Below, one piece after another: positions 29,343 through 39,158 of a stretch of DNA of 55,213 nucleotides. The position numbers and the translations under genes were made by a program. The notes under the pieces are model-generated. The model had not been told where the DNA came from. It made no database searches and worked only from the letters and a program-made list of their open reading frames with translations. Position 1 is the first letter of the stretch, and every line of letters starts with the position of its first letter. This stretch comes from a virus. Lineage: Duplodnaviria > Caudoviricetes. The stretch spans positions 1-55,213 of IMG/VR virus record IMGVR_UViG_3300029171_000008. One strand, 5' to 3'.

Positions 29343-29502
29343 GATACTAACCGCCTGGGTGCAACCACTTGATCATCTGCCCTTCATTCTTAATTAAGAA
29401 ATGGCTTCTTAGGGGGTCATAGAAGCCATGGAAAAAATCGAAGGAAAGGGACTGGTGTGGTGGAATCAAACAGTCCCTTGTCGTCTCTCGCTTACGCAGT
29501 AA

Positions 29503-29540
29503 GGAAGCTCTGCGGGGGAACCTTCCTCCGCAAGACTTCC
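29503..29540 (+). repeat. 38-nt hairpin dispersed repeat, copy 4 (intergenic variant)
   Basis: GGAAG-CTCTGCGGGGGAACCTTCCTCCGCAAGA-CTTCC. Confidence 0.75.
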
Positions 29541-29560
29541 GTAGAAGAGGGTACTTCCGT

Positions 29561-29578
29561 GTTGTAGCTTAGTACAAT
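29561..29578. promoter_or_regulatory. Palindromic box, copy 6
   Basis: GTTGTAgcttagTACAAT at the glycosyltransferase stop. Confidence 0.75.
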
Positions 29579-30729
29579 GCTTTACCCCAGAGCAAGCCCA
29601 TCTGTTCTGCCAGCTCGTCCCAGCTAAAGCGGGGGTCATTGACGACGCGCATTTTGGCAATTTCCCCGAGGCGTTGGCGATGACTTGGATTTTTATAGGC
29701 TGTGATAAGTTTTGTGATTGCTTTTTCAACATCTATTAACCCTCGCTCTATCCCAAAATGCAGGTCAGTGATATACCCCTGCACAGGTGCAAGGTAAGCG
29801 GCACTCTCAAAAAATTCTAAGTTCGCTGAGTATTTGGTGAGCAATGAAGGGACACCGACTGCGGCCATTTCCAACGCCACTAATCCCGCCCCCTCCCCCA
29901 TTGAGGTATTAATCCCTAAATCAGCCGTGTTGTAAATATCGTTCAGTTCACAAGGGTCAATATCAGGGTGACTCATCCCAACCGTGGTGGTAGTGACGTG
30001 CTGGGTATAATTTGGCCCAATCTCACGTTCACACAGCGCCAAAATGGGCCACCCAGCATCTTTACGCCCACAGTGAAAATGTAGCTTTATTTGCGGGTTG
30101 AATTTCTGTGACCTGAGAAACCCAGCAAAAATCTTAATCGTTAAATCCAGCCGCTTGCGCTCTTGATTACGGTTGGCTTGCAGAATAATAAAACTATCGG
30201 GATCTATCCCAAATTTCTCGCGGCACTTTAGTTTCTGAGCCGCTGACTTTTGATAAAAGATATTGGTATCAACCCCATGACCAAGGACATAGATATCACC
30301 CTGATACCCTGATTTTTTAATAACCTGTGTGCCAAACTGAGTATAAGTTGCAGCAAAACTGACCTCACTTAAGAAATCAAACGTCTGTTTATAAAACCCT
30401 AGTCCATCAATCGGGAAATAGACCCCGATGGGAATGTTAAGGTCTTGCACTTTTTGCCACCAGTCAAACACAATCCAGATATCTGAGAACAATACAATTA
30501 AATCAACCTGCTCCTTGAGTGCTATCTCTTGGATCCGATTGCGCCCGACTTGATCACCCTTACTCCCCGCTGGGTAGATTTTATAGGGGTAGTCATGGGG
30601 ATTGCCTGTGTAATTGACCCCCAGTATGACCACCTCATACTGGGCTTTGAGACGATCTAGCAACGCATGGGTGACGCGGGCAAACCCTGTAGGACACGCC
30701 GCATCTCCACACCATAAAATTTTTGGCAT
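29569..30729 (-). CDS. GT4-family glycosyltransferase
   Basis: TGFARVT, HGVDT, NRNQERKR, GEGAGLVALE. Confidence 0.88.
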   Translation of the reverse strand: MPKILWCGDAACPTGFARVTHALLDRLKAQYEVVILGVNYTGNPHDYPYKIYPAGSKGDQVGRNRIQEIALKEQVDLIVLFSDIWIVFDWWQKVQDLNIPIGVYFPIDGLGFYKQTFDFLSEVSFAATYTQFGTQVIKKSGYQGDIYVLGHGVDTNIFYQKSAAQKLKCREKFGIDPDSFIILQANRNQERKRLDLTIKIFAGFLRSQKFNPQIKLHFHCGRKDAGWPILALCEREIGPNYTQHVTTTTVGMSHPDIDPCELNDIYNTADLGINTSMGEGAGLVALEMAAVGVPSLLTKYSANLEFFESAAYLAPVQGYITDLHFGIERGLIDVEKAITKLITAYKNPSHRQRLGEIAKMRVVNDPRFSWDELAEQMGLLWGKALY

Positions 30730-30751
30730 ACATGCCCCTCTGGTGATAAGT

Positions 30752-30769
30752 ATTGTATTATAGTACAAT
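30752..30769. promoter_or_regulatory. Palindromic box, copy 7 (divergent junction)
   Basis: ATTGTAttatagTACAAT. Confidence 0.8.
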
Positions 30770-30791
30770 AGCCTGTCTTAGGAATCACGTC

Positions 30792-31331
30792 ATGGGTCAA
30801 TCAAATCCCTCCGCTACAGTAATGGATAGCTTACCGATGCTGGTCACTGCACCACCGTTAGAAGAAACAGCATTGCTGATTAATGCGCCGCTGGCGGTTT
30901 ATCAATTAGCGCAGGAGTTGTACAAGAAGCATCCGGCGTTTAACTTTTTAGGTAATTATCGGATCAAATATTTATTACGTAAGAAGCCGAAAACCAGGTT
31001 AGGGCAATTGGTTTTAGGGAGTGCGAAAGTTGTTAGTGAATCAGATCAATTACTCCATTCGTGGCAAGGGGTAGTGACCTTAGATCAGCAATTTTGGGAC
31101 ACTCACCCTGACCAGCAAGAAGCGCTACTGGCTCATGAACTTTGCCATTTTGAGCGAGATGAAGAAAGTGGGGCGCTGACGGTTAGAGGGCATGACATTG
31201 AGGAATTTAATTTTGTGATTCGGCACTATGGCGATTGGTTGGGGCAAGTAAGGGCGGTACGACTGGCGCAAAGACAAGCCCAACTTGAATTCAATTTCAA
31301 CCAGGAGGGGGGAGAGGAGGTTGAGTTCTAG
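30792..31331 (+). CDS. Putative phage metallopeptidase
   Basis: HELCH zinc motif followed by HDIEEF. Confidence 0.8.
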   Translation: MGQSNPSATVMDSLPMLVTAPPLEETALLINAPLAVYQLAQELYKKHPAFNFLGNYRIKYLLRKKPKTRLGQLVLGSAKVVSESDQLLHSWQGVVTLDQQFWDTHPDQQEALLAHELCHFERDEESGALTVRGHDIEEFNFVIRHYGDWLGQVRAVRLAQRQAQLEFNFNQEGGEEVEF

Positions 31332-31719
31332 TCCACGGGTACCCTATGGCACCGATTTCATTGATCCCCGGATTTACCAACAAAAAATCACTGAACCAGA
31401 GCTACAGTTTGCCGCTCTATGGGCGCAACTATACCCGGAGGTGGATTTGTATTTCCAGTACCCCTTGGAGGGCTACCCGCGCTCAAGGTGGGATTTTGCC
31501 CATCTTGAAAGCAAGACCGGGATTGAAATCCAGGGGGGGCTTTACCAAGCCAATTCGGGGCATCGCAGTCACGGTGGTGTGAGCGCCGATATTACTAAAC
31601 AACAACGAGCAGCAAGTGCAGGGTGGGCCTATCTCCCCATTGCCAGTGCTGATGTTATAGATCCGCTTAAGTTAGCTGAAATTAAACAATTAATCGATCT
31701 CAGGACAAGAGAGAAATAA
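31321..31719 (+). CDS. PD-(D/E)XK-like endonuclease (DUF559/Vsr-like)
   Basis: RWDFA...IEIQGG...H...GW. Confidence 0.7.
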   Translation: MSSSPRVPYGTDFIDPRIYQQKITEPELQFAALWAQLYPEVDLYFQYPLEGYPRSRWDFAHLESKTGIEIQGGLYQANSGHRSHGGVSADITKQQRAASAGWAYLPIASADVIDPLKLAEIKQLIDLRTREK

Positions 31720-31723
31720 ATTA

Positions 31724-32098
31724 ATGGAATTACAATACACAGCACCGACGATTAACTATCCTATAGTACGACTCATTTCGCCGAACGAAGTGTGGGAAAT
31801 GGGTATCTATTTGGTGCTTTATGGCTACCGTGTCGGCTTTGGTAGAGTAGGCAGTCAGATTTATCTTAAAGGTGGCTATTGTGCAGGGTCACAGTTAAAT
31901 AATGCGATCATTATTCTGGCGTTATTGGTGGATATTTTTAAGCCACTCGATGAGCAAGTAACGCATGAATTTGCAGAGAAACTGCTACCTGACTGGAAGG
32001 CTCGCCCCATTCCTCAATCAGATCCAGAATGCATGAGCGCTTTAGTTTCACTAGCGGCAGATTCAGCAACTTTTGTAGGAGAAAAAGAATATGTTTAG
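31724..32098 (+). CDS. Hypothetical protein
   Basis: ORF within the operon. Confidence 0.6.
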   Translation: MELQYTAPTINYPIVRLISPNEVWEMGIYLVLYGYRVGFGRVGSQIYLKGGYCAGSQLNNAIIILALLVDIFKPLDEQVTHEFAEKLLPDWKARPIPQSDPECMSALVSLAADSATFVGEKEYV

Positions 32099-32294
32099 CA
32101 TTAAACAAAAACGTGAAATTGCAACAGCGATTCAGAAGATACTTAGAGAAACCAATCACCCTGAGCTACCGGATGGTGAGATTACTTTTCACCTGCACGT
32201 TGAAGGGGCGGAAAGTTGGTCATGGGCCGATATTAAAAACAATGGCGCTGTGACTGATACCAGCAATGCGAATCCCTGGAACGAGTCTTACTAA
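32091..32294 (+). CDS. Hypothetical phage protein
   Basis: 67 aa, GGAG RBS, overlaps the upstream gene. Confidence 0.6.
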   Translation: MFSIKQKREIATAIQKILRETNHPELPDGEITFHLHVEGAESWSWADIKNNGAVTDTSNANPWNESY

Positions 32295-32298
32295 ATTT

Positions 32299-34560
32299 AT
32301 GAACTATCAACAATTTTTAGATTCAAAATTATTAGCAATAGAGTCTAAAGGTATTACGGTTTTACCTGCTGACCTAAATGCAAACCTATTTGAGTTTCAG
32401 CGTGACATCGTAGTCTGGGCACTCCGGTTAGGTAAAGCAGCGGTATTTGCCCAATGTGGCCTGGGTAAATCATTGATAGAACTCACTTGGGCTGAACAAA
32501 TAAACGGACAGGTGTTGATCCTAGCACCGTTGGCGGTGGCCGCTCAGACGGTGCGTGAGGGGATTAAGTTTGGCATCACGGTCAAACAGGTGGGGGAGCA
32601 ATCAGATATTGAGCCAACGGATCATATTCTGGTCACAAACTATGAACGTCTACACAAATTCGATTGTGCGCAGTTTGAAGGGGTTGTACTGGACGAATCA
32701 AGCATCCTCAAAAGTTTTAGCAGCGCCACTCGTAATCAGCTCATCCAAACCTTTGCCCGAACTCCCTACAAACTAGCCTGCACCGCAACCCCTGCCCCCA
32801 ATGACTATGTTGAACTGGGGAACCACGCTGAATTTTTAGGGGTGATGGACCGCACTCAAATGCTGGCTGAGTTTTTTACCCATGATGGCGGTGATACCAG
32901 CAAGTGGCGACTGAAGGGGCATGCAGAAGAGGTGTTCTGGCGCTGGGTGAGTCAGTGGGGCGTCATGGTGCGCACCCCTGCTGATTTTGGTTATAGCTGC
33001 GATGGTTACGATTTGCCCCCCATTCACTGGGTTTCCCACAATGTGGAAAATGATCTTATCCCAGACGACGGACAGCTATTTAAGCTTGAGGCGTCTACGC
33101 TCAACGAACGCCGTCAAGCACGGCGGCAGTCTTTAAGTGAACGAGTGAAGGCAGCAGCAGCATTGGTGAACGCAAGCTCTGAACAATGGCTGGTCTGGTG
33201 TGACCTCAATGATGAGGGGATGGCTTTAGCTCAGGCAATTGATGGGGCGGTGGAGGTTGCAGGTCGTCATGATAATGACACCAAAGAATCTGCCTTGCTG
33301 CGTTTTGCCCGTGGTGAGATTCGTGTGCTGGTCTCTAAGCCCTCAATCTGCGGCTTTGGTATGAATTTCCAGAACTGCCACAACATCGCCTTTGTAGGTT
33401 TGTCTGACAGCTATGAGGCACTGCATCAGGCCATTAGCCGCTGCCATCGGTTTGGCCAACAGCATCAAGTCACTGTTCACCTGATTACCGCTAGGTCAGA
33501 AGGAGCTGTTTTGAAAAATATTAAGCGCAAGGAAAAGGACGCTCTTAAAATGAGCGACGCGATGGCTGAACATATTTCGGTGCATCAAAACTTAGGCCAG
33601 ACCCAACGCCAAAGCAATGCGTACCAGAGTGACCGGGTGACGGGTTTGGGGTGGGAATTGCACCTAGGAGACTGTGTGCAAGTGGTTAAGGCACTGGATG
33701 CTAATAGCATTCACTATTCAATTTTTTCACCTCCGTTTGCTAGCCTTTACGTTTATTCCAATAGCAATCGCGATATGGGCAACTGTCGCACAATGAATGA
33801 ATTTATGCAGCATTTTCAGTTTCTGGTTACTGAACTTTATCGGGTATTGATGCCAGGGCGTTTGCTATCTTTTCACTGCATGAACCTACCATCAAGTAAA
33901 CAAAATGATGGTTATATAGGCATCAAAGACTTTCGCGGTGATTTAATCCGGTTATTTCAAGAGGCGGGTTTTATTTTCCACAGTGAGGTTTGTATCTGGA
34001 AAGACCCCGTGATGGCAATGCAGCGCACCAAGGCCATTGGGTTATTGCACAAGCAACTTAAAAAAGATTCTGCTCTGTCACGCCAAGGTATTCCTGATTA
34101 CTTGGTGACTATGCGCAAACCAGGAGATAACCTACAGCCCATTACAGGCAAGCTAACCCACTATACAGGCGAAAATCTTTATAACCTACCCACAGAAAAG
34201 AGTGAAGCGATAGAAGAAAGGGCGGCGATTGAAATTTGGCAGCGCTATGCTAGTCCCGTTTGGATGGACGTTAACCCTAGCCGCACGTTGCAGCGTAATT
34301 CAGCAAGGGATGAGAAAGATGAACGCCACATCTGTCCCTTGCAACTGGATGTAATAGAACGGGCTTTGCAGTTGTGGTCGAACCCTGGTGATTTGGTGCT
34401 CAGCCCCTTTACCGGGATTGGGTCTGAAGGATATGTTGCCCTCAAAATGAATCGGCGCTTTATGGGCATTGAACTGAAGCAATCCTATTTTGAGCAGGCA
34501 CAAAAAAATCTAGATTCAGTGAGTAGTTTTCATCAGCAAGAATTACTAACCTTAGCCTAA
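32299..34560 (+). CDS. SNF2-type helicase fused to an N4C/N6A DNA methyltransferase
   Basis: GLGKS, DESS, QAISRCHRFGQ; then SPPF and PFTGIGS (beta-class order). Confidence 0.9.
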   Translation: MNYQQFLDSKLLAIESKGITVLPADLNANLFEFQRDIVVWALRLGKAAVFAQCGLGKSLIELTWAEQINGQVLILAPLAVAAQTVREGIKFGITVKQVGEQSDIEPTDHILVTNYERLHKFDCAQFEGVVLDESSILKSFSSATRNQLIQTFARTPYKLACTATPAPNDYVELGNHAEFLGVMDRTQMLAEFFTHDGGDTSKWRLKGHAEEVFWRWVSQWGVMVRTPADFGYSCDGYDLPPIHWVSHNVENDLIPDDGQLFKLEASTLNERRQARRQSLSERVKAAAALVNASSEQWLVWCDLNDEGMALAQAIDGAVEVAGRHDNDTKESALLRFARGEIRVLVSKPSICGFGMNFQNCHNIAFVGLSDSYEALHQAISRCHRFGQQHQVTVHLITARSEGAVLKNIKRKEKDALKMSDAMAEHISVHQNLGQTQRQSNAYQSDRVTGLGWELHLGDCVQVVKALDANSIHYSIFSPPFASLYVYSNSNRDMGNCRTMNEFMQHFQFLVTELYRVLMPGRLLSFHCMNLPSSKQNDGYIGIKDFRGDLIRLFQEAGFIFHSEVCIWKDPVMAMQRTKAIGLLHKQLKKDSALSRQGIPDYLVTMRKPGDNLQPITGKLTHYTGENLYNLPTEKSEAIEERAAIEIWQRYASPVWMDVNPSRTLQRNSARDEKDERHICPLQLDVIERALQLWSNPGDLVLSPFTGIGSEGYVALKMNRRFMGIELKQSYFEQAQKNLDSVSSFHQQELLTLA

Positions 34561-34571
34561 AAAATATACCA

Positions 34572-35036
34572 ATGCCAGGAACGAAATATCCAGCGGAGAC
34601 CAGAAAAAAAGCAATTGACATGTATGCATACTACACGGTTAAAGAAATTTCTGAACAACTTGAAGTCTCTATTCCAACCATTCAACGATGGTTTAAGAAT
34701 GAAAATGTAAGAAAGCATCGGTCTATGACTGATCCAGACTTTATTCAAGAAGTGGCTAGAGTTTATGAACGAACGGGTTCAGCTCGTGTTACGGCACAAC
34801 GTTTAGGTATGTGTGGCAAAGAAAACATATATCGAATATTGCGAAAAAATGGATACAATGTTAACAGCAAAACAGGTAGTAAACCTCGTGATATTTATCC
34901 AGTTTGTTATAAACAGCAGGTTATTAGTTATTTGATAAATAGCAAAAATTTAGCTAAGACAGCGACAAAATTTGATTTGCCTGTTTATTTGATACTGAAG
35001 TGGTACAAGAAATATATGGAACAGAAAGATGACTGA
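34572..35036 (+). CDS. Multi-HTH DNA-binding protein
   Basis: VKEISEQLEVSIPTIQRW plus two further HTH-like segments. Confidence 0.7.
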   Translation: MPGTKYPAETRKKAIDMYAYYTVKEISEQLEVSIPTIQRWFKNENVRKHRSMTDPDFIQEVARVYERTGSARVTAQRLGMCGKENIYRILRKNGYNVNSKTGSKPRDIYPVCYKQQVISYLINSKNLAKTATKFDLPVYLILKWYKKYMEQKDD

Positions 35037-35541
35037 AAACATTTCAAAGACTGCTCAAGAAGAAATAATGCTTGCAAACCTGTTTGAAACTTATAAAAAG
35101 TTAGGAATGAAGGAAGGAATTTTCCCGGATGAGAGTCCTAGATCTAATTTTGTTTACGTTAATGGATATGCCTGTTGCCGACTAATTGAGCCAGGTAAAT
35201 GGAAATGGCAGCACTTTAAGGGAGATTACTTTGAAGTGATAGGAGTTGCGTCATTCCCAGATTTAGAAGAGTCAGAAAGGCCCTCAGAATTCCTATCAGA
35301 ATTCCTAGGAGTATATGTGGCGGAAGAGACAAAGCAAAGGCCAGAGAGATTGATGTTATTAAAACTGAAAGAATCAGGAAGACTTATCTATACGGCAAAT
35401 CGAGATTATGGTCAGCGCGTTTTCTACAAAGGTAGTCATGGCCAATGGGCTAGAGAAATTATGAACTTTTTAGGATTAGTCGGGCCAGAGCACCCAGAAC
35501 ATTATGGCAAGTTACGGTTTGAGAAAAGCGGAAATGCATAA
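35029..35541 (+). CDS. DUF1653-like protein
   Basis: WQHFKGDYFEVIGVA ... WARE..NF ... RFE. Confidence 0.6.
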   Translation: MTENISKTAQEEIMLANLFETYKKLGMKEGIFPDESPRSNFVYVNGYACCRLIEPGKWKWQHFKGDYFEVIGVASFPDLEESERPSEFLSEFLGVYVAEETKQRPERLMLLKLKESGRLIYTANRDYGQRVFYKGSHGQWAREIMNFLGLVGPEHPEHYGKLRFEKSGNA

Positions 35542-36205
35542 AACTTACTCTACTGAATTAGACAAGAGCATGCCCGCTAGAATTGCAGCACTGCCTGTAC
35601 AGAACGGGTACCCAGTGCCCTATTTTGTGGCAGAAGTTGAGGGGAAGTATGACTTTAGAATTGCTGACTACCGCAAATTTAAGCCTGCAATCAAGAAGAA
35701 ACTCTGCTGGATATGTGGGCAGAAGTTAGGCGCATATCTAGCATTTACCATTGGGCCCATGTGTGCCATTAACCGGGTCATCAGTGAGCCGCCATCTCAT
35801 CGTGATTGTGCCGAGTGGGCTATCAAAGTGTGTCCATTTCTTTCCCAACGTCAGGAGGTGAGAAATTTTGAAGGATTACCTGAAAACCTTAGGCAACCCG
35901 CTGGGATTGCACTAAAACATCAGCCACAGGTAACTTGTCTCTGGGTAACAAAATCCTACAAAGTTATTCAGGTGCAGGCGGATCCTAGTCAAGACATCGG
36001 ACAAGGGCTATTATTTGAGCTGGGTGAGGCAACGGAGGTATGTTGGTATAAGGAAGGACGAAAGGCCACAAGAGAGGAGGTGATAGCGGCAGTAGAGCGG
36101 GGATTACCCATCCTGTTTGAGTCGGCAAAACAGGATGGATTGAAAGGGATTAGACATTTAGAGCAGTTGGTTGATCGTGCAAAACATTTATATCCTGAGA
36201 AATAA
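35534..36205 (+). CDS. Conserved phage protein with Cys/His motifs
   Basis: GYPVPYFV, CWICG, GPMC, EPPSHRDC, CPFL. Confidence 0.7.
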   Translation: MHKTYSTELDKSMPARIAALPVQNGYPVPYFVAEVEGKYDFRIADYRKFKPAIKKKLCWICGQKLGAYLAFTIGPMCAINRVISEPPSHRDCAEWAIKVCPFLSQRQEVRNFEGLPENLRQPAGIALKHQPQVTCLWVTKSYKVIQVQADPSQDIGQGLLFELGEATEVCWYKEGRKATREEVIAAVERGLPILFESAKQDGLKGIRHLEQLVDRAKHLYPEK

Positions 36206-36207
36206 TA

Positions 36208-37182
36208 ATGACCACTAAAATTATTTACCATCAGATTAAAAAAGGCATCGACTGCTCGGATGGTATTGCAGCCGCTTGGGTCTGTAAGCGTAAGTTTCCT
36301 GACGCTGAAGTGATTGGCTGTTGGTATCAGTGTGCTGAAGAAGATTTGCCACAAGTTGATGCGGATGATCGAGTATTTATTGTCGATTTTTCCTTTAGCG
36401 CTGACATTATTAAGCGCTGGGAAGATTTAGGGGCAATGATTACCCTTATTGACCATCACAAAACGGCACAAGAGCAGTTGATGGGGGCAATTGATACGCT
36501 GAGCAGTCGCATCATTTTTGATATGGCGCAGTGTGGTGCAGTACTCACATGGCAGCATCTTTTCCCCAGTGAGCCTATTCCTCGCTTCTTGCTGCACATT
36601 GAAGACCGTGATCTTTGGAACTTTAGGCTAATGTATACGGCAGAAATTCATGAGGCGATGGGCAAAATAGGCCGCACGTTTGAGATGTTTGATCTGTACG
36701 CGCAATGTACCGCTGATGAGTTTTCAAGTGCAATAGTGCCCTTGGGAATGCTATTGCTGAAGCCAAAGCGTCAAAAGGTGAGCGAGATTGCGGATCGGTG
36801 TTCAACACAACGAGTAATTTTTGGGACTCGTGATTGGGACAGTACAGACATTCCTACGGTATTTCTATCTCCTGATGGTAGCGAAGATCGGTACACCTCA
36901 GACGTGTGTGAAGAGCTGTATAAATATCGCTATCCTGCTGCGCTCTTTGTGCAGTGCATTACTAGCGATGGCACCTATTCTCTGCGCTCTAACAAGAACA
37001 ATCCTGATGGTGGTTTTGACGTGGGCGAATATGCGAGACAATTCGGGGGCGGAGGCCATCGTAATGCAGCAGGATACAAACCCGCTGAATCGATAGGTGA
37101 GCGATTAAATCAGCGGCAGCGTACTTTTCTAAATGGCCCTAGTGATCTGTCAGAGCGCAGTGTGCGTAAATCAAATGAATGA
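36208..37182 (+). CDS. DHH-family phosphoesterase (NrnB-like)
   Basis: DCSDG, VDFS, DHHK, DRDLW, SLRS, GGGH..AAG. Confidence 0.9.
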   Translation: MTTKIIYHQIKKGIDCSDGIAAAWVCKRKFPDAEVIGCWYQCAEEDLPQVDADDRVFIVDFSFSADIIKRWEDLGAMITLIDHHKTAQEQLMGAIDTLSSRIIFDMAQCGAVLTWQHLFPSEPIPRFLLHIEDRDLWNFRLMYTAEIHEAMGKIGRTFEMFDLYAQCTADEFSSAIVPLGMLLLKPKRQKVSEIADRCSTQRVIFGTRDWDSTDIPTVFLSPDGSEDRYTSDVCEELYKYRYPAALFVQCITSDGTYSLRSNKNNPDGGFDVGEYARQFGGGGHRNAAGYKPAESIGERLNQRQRTFLNGPSDLSERSVRKSNE

Positions 37183-37360
37183 AAGATATATTGCGACTGC
37201 TATGTACGTTCCAGATTTACGGTTAACAGAGCATCTGGAAGAACAGCTTTTGTCTACCGAAAACCCGCCTAAGCGCAATATATTTGAAATTATTGCAGCG
37301 CATGAGGAAAAGCTCAGGCTCTTAAAGCAATTGCCTGCTCCAGCGTCTGAGCAAACCTAA
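37175..37360 (+). CDS. Hypothetical protein
   Basis: Short ORF coupled to the DHH gene. Confidence 0.4.
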   Translation: MNERYIATAMYVPDLRLTEHLEEQLLSTENPPKRNIFEIIAAHEEKLRLLKQLPAPASEQT

Positions 37361-38021
37361 TCGCGCACTTGCACTCACCCCCACATTCACAGGCTTCAGT
37401 GGGCCGAGGGAGCGTGCCGATGGGTTGAATACTGAGCGCTGCGTAGCGCAGACATGAGGGGCAATGCTGGGCTTCTGGGGATAAGAGACGCCATTCGTAG
37501 CCCATCCCTTGCTCAAGGTGATTGGCAAGCATCCCTTGTTCATAGCTTAGGCGTGCTTTTTGGGCATAGAGGCGAATGCGATTCTTAAATCGCGCCACTG
37601 TGAGCGGGATGTTTTGGCCATTAGTACCCACAGAATAGCCACGATTAATATCCGTGGCTAACCCCTGTAAATACTGGTATTCCTGGCGTAAAGTACGACC
37701 CACCGCTAGATAATCAGTGGCTGTGGTGGATTGAGTGCCCCCGCGTGCAAGCACCATCTGCTGCAAGTGCAGTTGTTTTAAGGTTTGGGCAAAGCTTTCT
37801 TGAAAGCCTTTGAGGGAAAGCTTGTTATCGATTAATAATTGACCAATTGTCTGTAAATCACCCTCAATTAAGGTGATATTTTGCCGTTGCAGTCGTTGTA
37901 AGGCAGCAGGTTTGAGAAACTGGCCCGTTGCACGATCTCGATAGCGTTTGGCTCGCCCATCCCATGCCCATAAAATGGGCGTCACTTTATCCAGACGGGG
38001 TAGTTTAACGGTTGTCAGCAT
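37314..38021 (-). CDS. Minor head morphogenesis protein (Mu gpF / SPP1 gp7-like)
   Basis: RYRDRATGQF N-terminus; HCPSC...P....CECGGECKC C-terminus. Confidence 0.7.
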   Translation of the reverse strand: MLTTVKLPRLDKVTPILWAWDGRAKRYRDRATGQFLKPAALQRLQRQNITLIEGDLQTIGQLLIDNKLSLKGFQESFAQTLKQLHLQQMVLARGGTQSTTATDYLAVGRTLRQEYQYLQGLATDINRGYSVGTNGQNIPLTVARFKNRIRLYAQKARLSYEQGMLANHLEQGMGYEWRLLSPEAQHCPSCLRYAALSIQPIGTLPRPTEACECGGECKCAIRFAQTLEQAIALRA

Positions 38022-38190
38022 CCGGCTCAACCTTTGACGCATCAATTAAGGTTTCATAGCGCCCCTGGTGCTGCCGCTGCCAAGTGGCACTGATTGCATT
38101 AATGTCTGACTGCTCAATCACAGCAATATCACTGAGATCTGCAATAGATAAAACTGTGCCAGGAATATGGACGGGGGGCTGAGGTGCCAT
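38005..38190 (-). CDS. Hypothetical protein
   Basis: ATG 7 nt from box copy 8; overlaps the next gene. Confidence 0.5.
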   Translation of the reverse strand: MAPQPPVHIPGTVLSIADLSDIAVIEQSDINAISATWQRQHQGRYETLIDASKVEPDADNR

Positions 38191-38197
38191 TTGCTGT

Positions 38198-38215
38198 ATT
38201 GTATTCTTATACAAT
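38198..38215. promoter_or_regulatory. Palindromic box, copy 8 (divergent junction)
   Basis: ATTGTAttcttaTACAAT. Confidence 0.8.
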
Positions 38216-38228
38216 GTCCTAAAAAATT

Positions 38229-39158
38229 GTGATGCTAGAGGTTGCGCCAGAGCTTGAGCAACATTTACAGGGGGCGGTGTTAACCGTCGCCTATTTAATC
38301 GTACTAGAGCGGCGCGATGGGGTGACGCTACGCTACACCAATCACAACCATGATTTGATTATTGGCGGGGAGACCTACCGGGCTGAGGCGGGGTTTAATC
38401 CATCGGCGGTAGAAGGGGACGCCACAGGAAGCCCTCAGAATTTAGAGTTAGAGAGTTATTTAAGTTCCATTAATTCAGGGTTAATTAGTGCCCGTGATAT
38501 TTTGGCGGGCAAATATAAAGGGTGTCAGGTGACGCTGATGCTCATTAACTACAGCGATTTACCCGGAATGATCCCGTCCCTCAAAGCACCTGTGCTCATA
38601 AAAGCGTGGTTAGGGGAAGTGACGCTGGAGGGGGAGGATGCGTTTAAGTTTGAGATGTTGGGGTTATCTAACCTGCTTCAGCAAAACGTCGGATACAACA
38701 TTGAGCAATATTGTCAGGCCAATTTAGGGGATAGTGATTGCAAGAAAAATTTAGCCCATTTTACCTACCAGACAGAAGTGACCGATGTGGGTGAGCTAAA
38801 TCAATCTTGTCGCATTAATTTAGCAACCATCACCTCACCTCATACCCCCACCCCTGTCCCGCAACAATGGTTACGTTCAGGGACTATTTTTTGGCGGTGG
38901 GGGCAAAATCGCGGGGCTAGAATGGAGGTTATTTCTCAGGTTGGGAATAACCTAAAACTAGCCTTGCCGTTGCCTGCCCCCATTGAAGTGGGGGATCAGG
39001 TGACGGTGATAGCAGGGTGTACCAAACGAATTAAAGATTGCCATGAAAAATTTAATAACATTGAGAATTATTTTGCGGGGTTCCCTCACCTGCCAGGGCG
39101 CAATCGGGTGAGCCAGGGATTGAATGATGAGGAAGAAGGAGGAGGGAAAAAAGGATGA
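38229..39158 (+). CDS. Baseplate hub, DUF2163/BR0599 (GTA g13-like)
   Basis: RRDG...YTNHNHDL, CQANLGDSDC, AGCTKRIKDCHEKFNN...GFPHLPG. Confidence 0.9.
   Translation: MMLEVAPELEQHLQGAVLTVAYLIVLERRDGVTLRYTNHNHDLIIGGETYRAEAGFNPSAVEGDATGSPQNLELESYLSSINSGLISARDILAGKYKGCQVTLMLINYSDLPGMIPSLKAPVLIKAWLGEVTLEGEDAFKFEMLGLSNLLQQNVGYNIEQYCQANLGDSDCKKNLAHFTYQTEVTDVGELNQSCRINLATITSPHTPTPVPQQWLRSGTIFWRWGQNRGARMEVISQVGNNLKLALPLPAPIEVGDQVTVIAGCTKRIKDCHEKFNNIENYFAGFPHLPGRNRVSQGLNDEEEGGGKKG

Noticed and set aside
29466-29732. 88-aa ORF spanning the hairpin region
   Set aside because: Overlaps the glycosyltransferase out of frame and runs through repeats; no protein-like features
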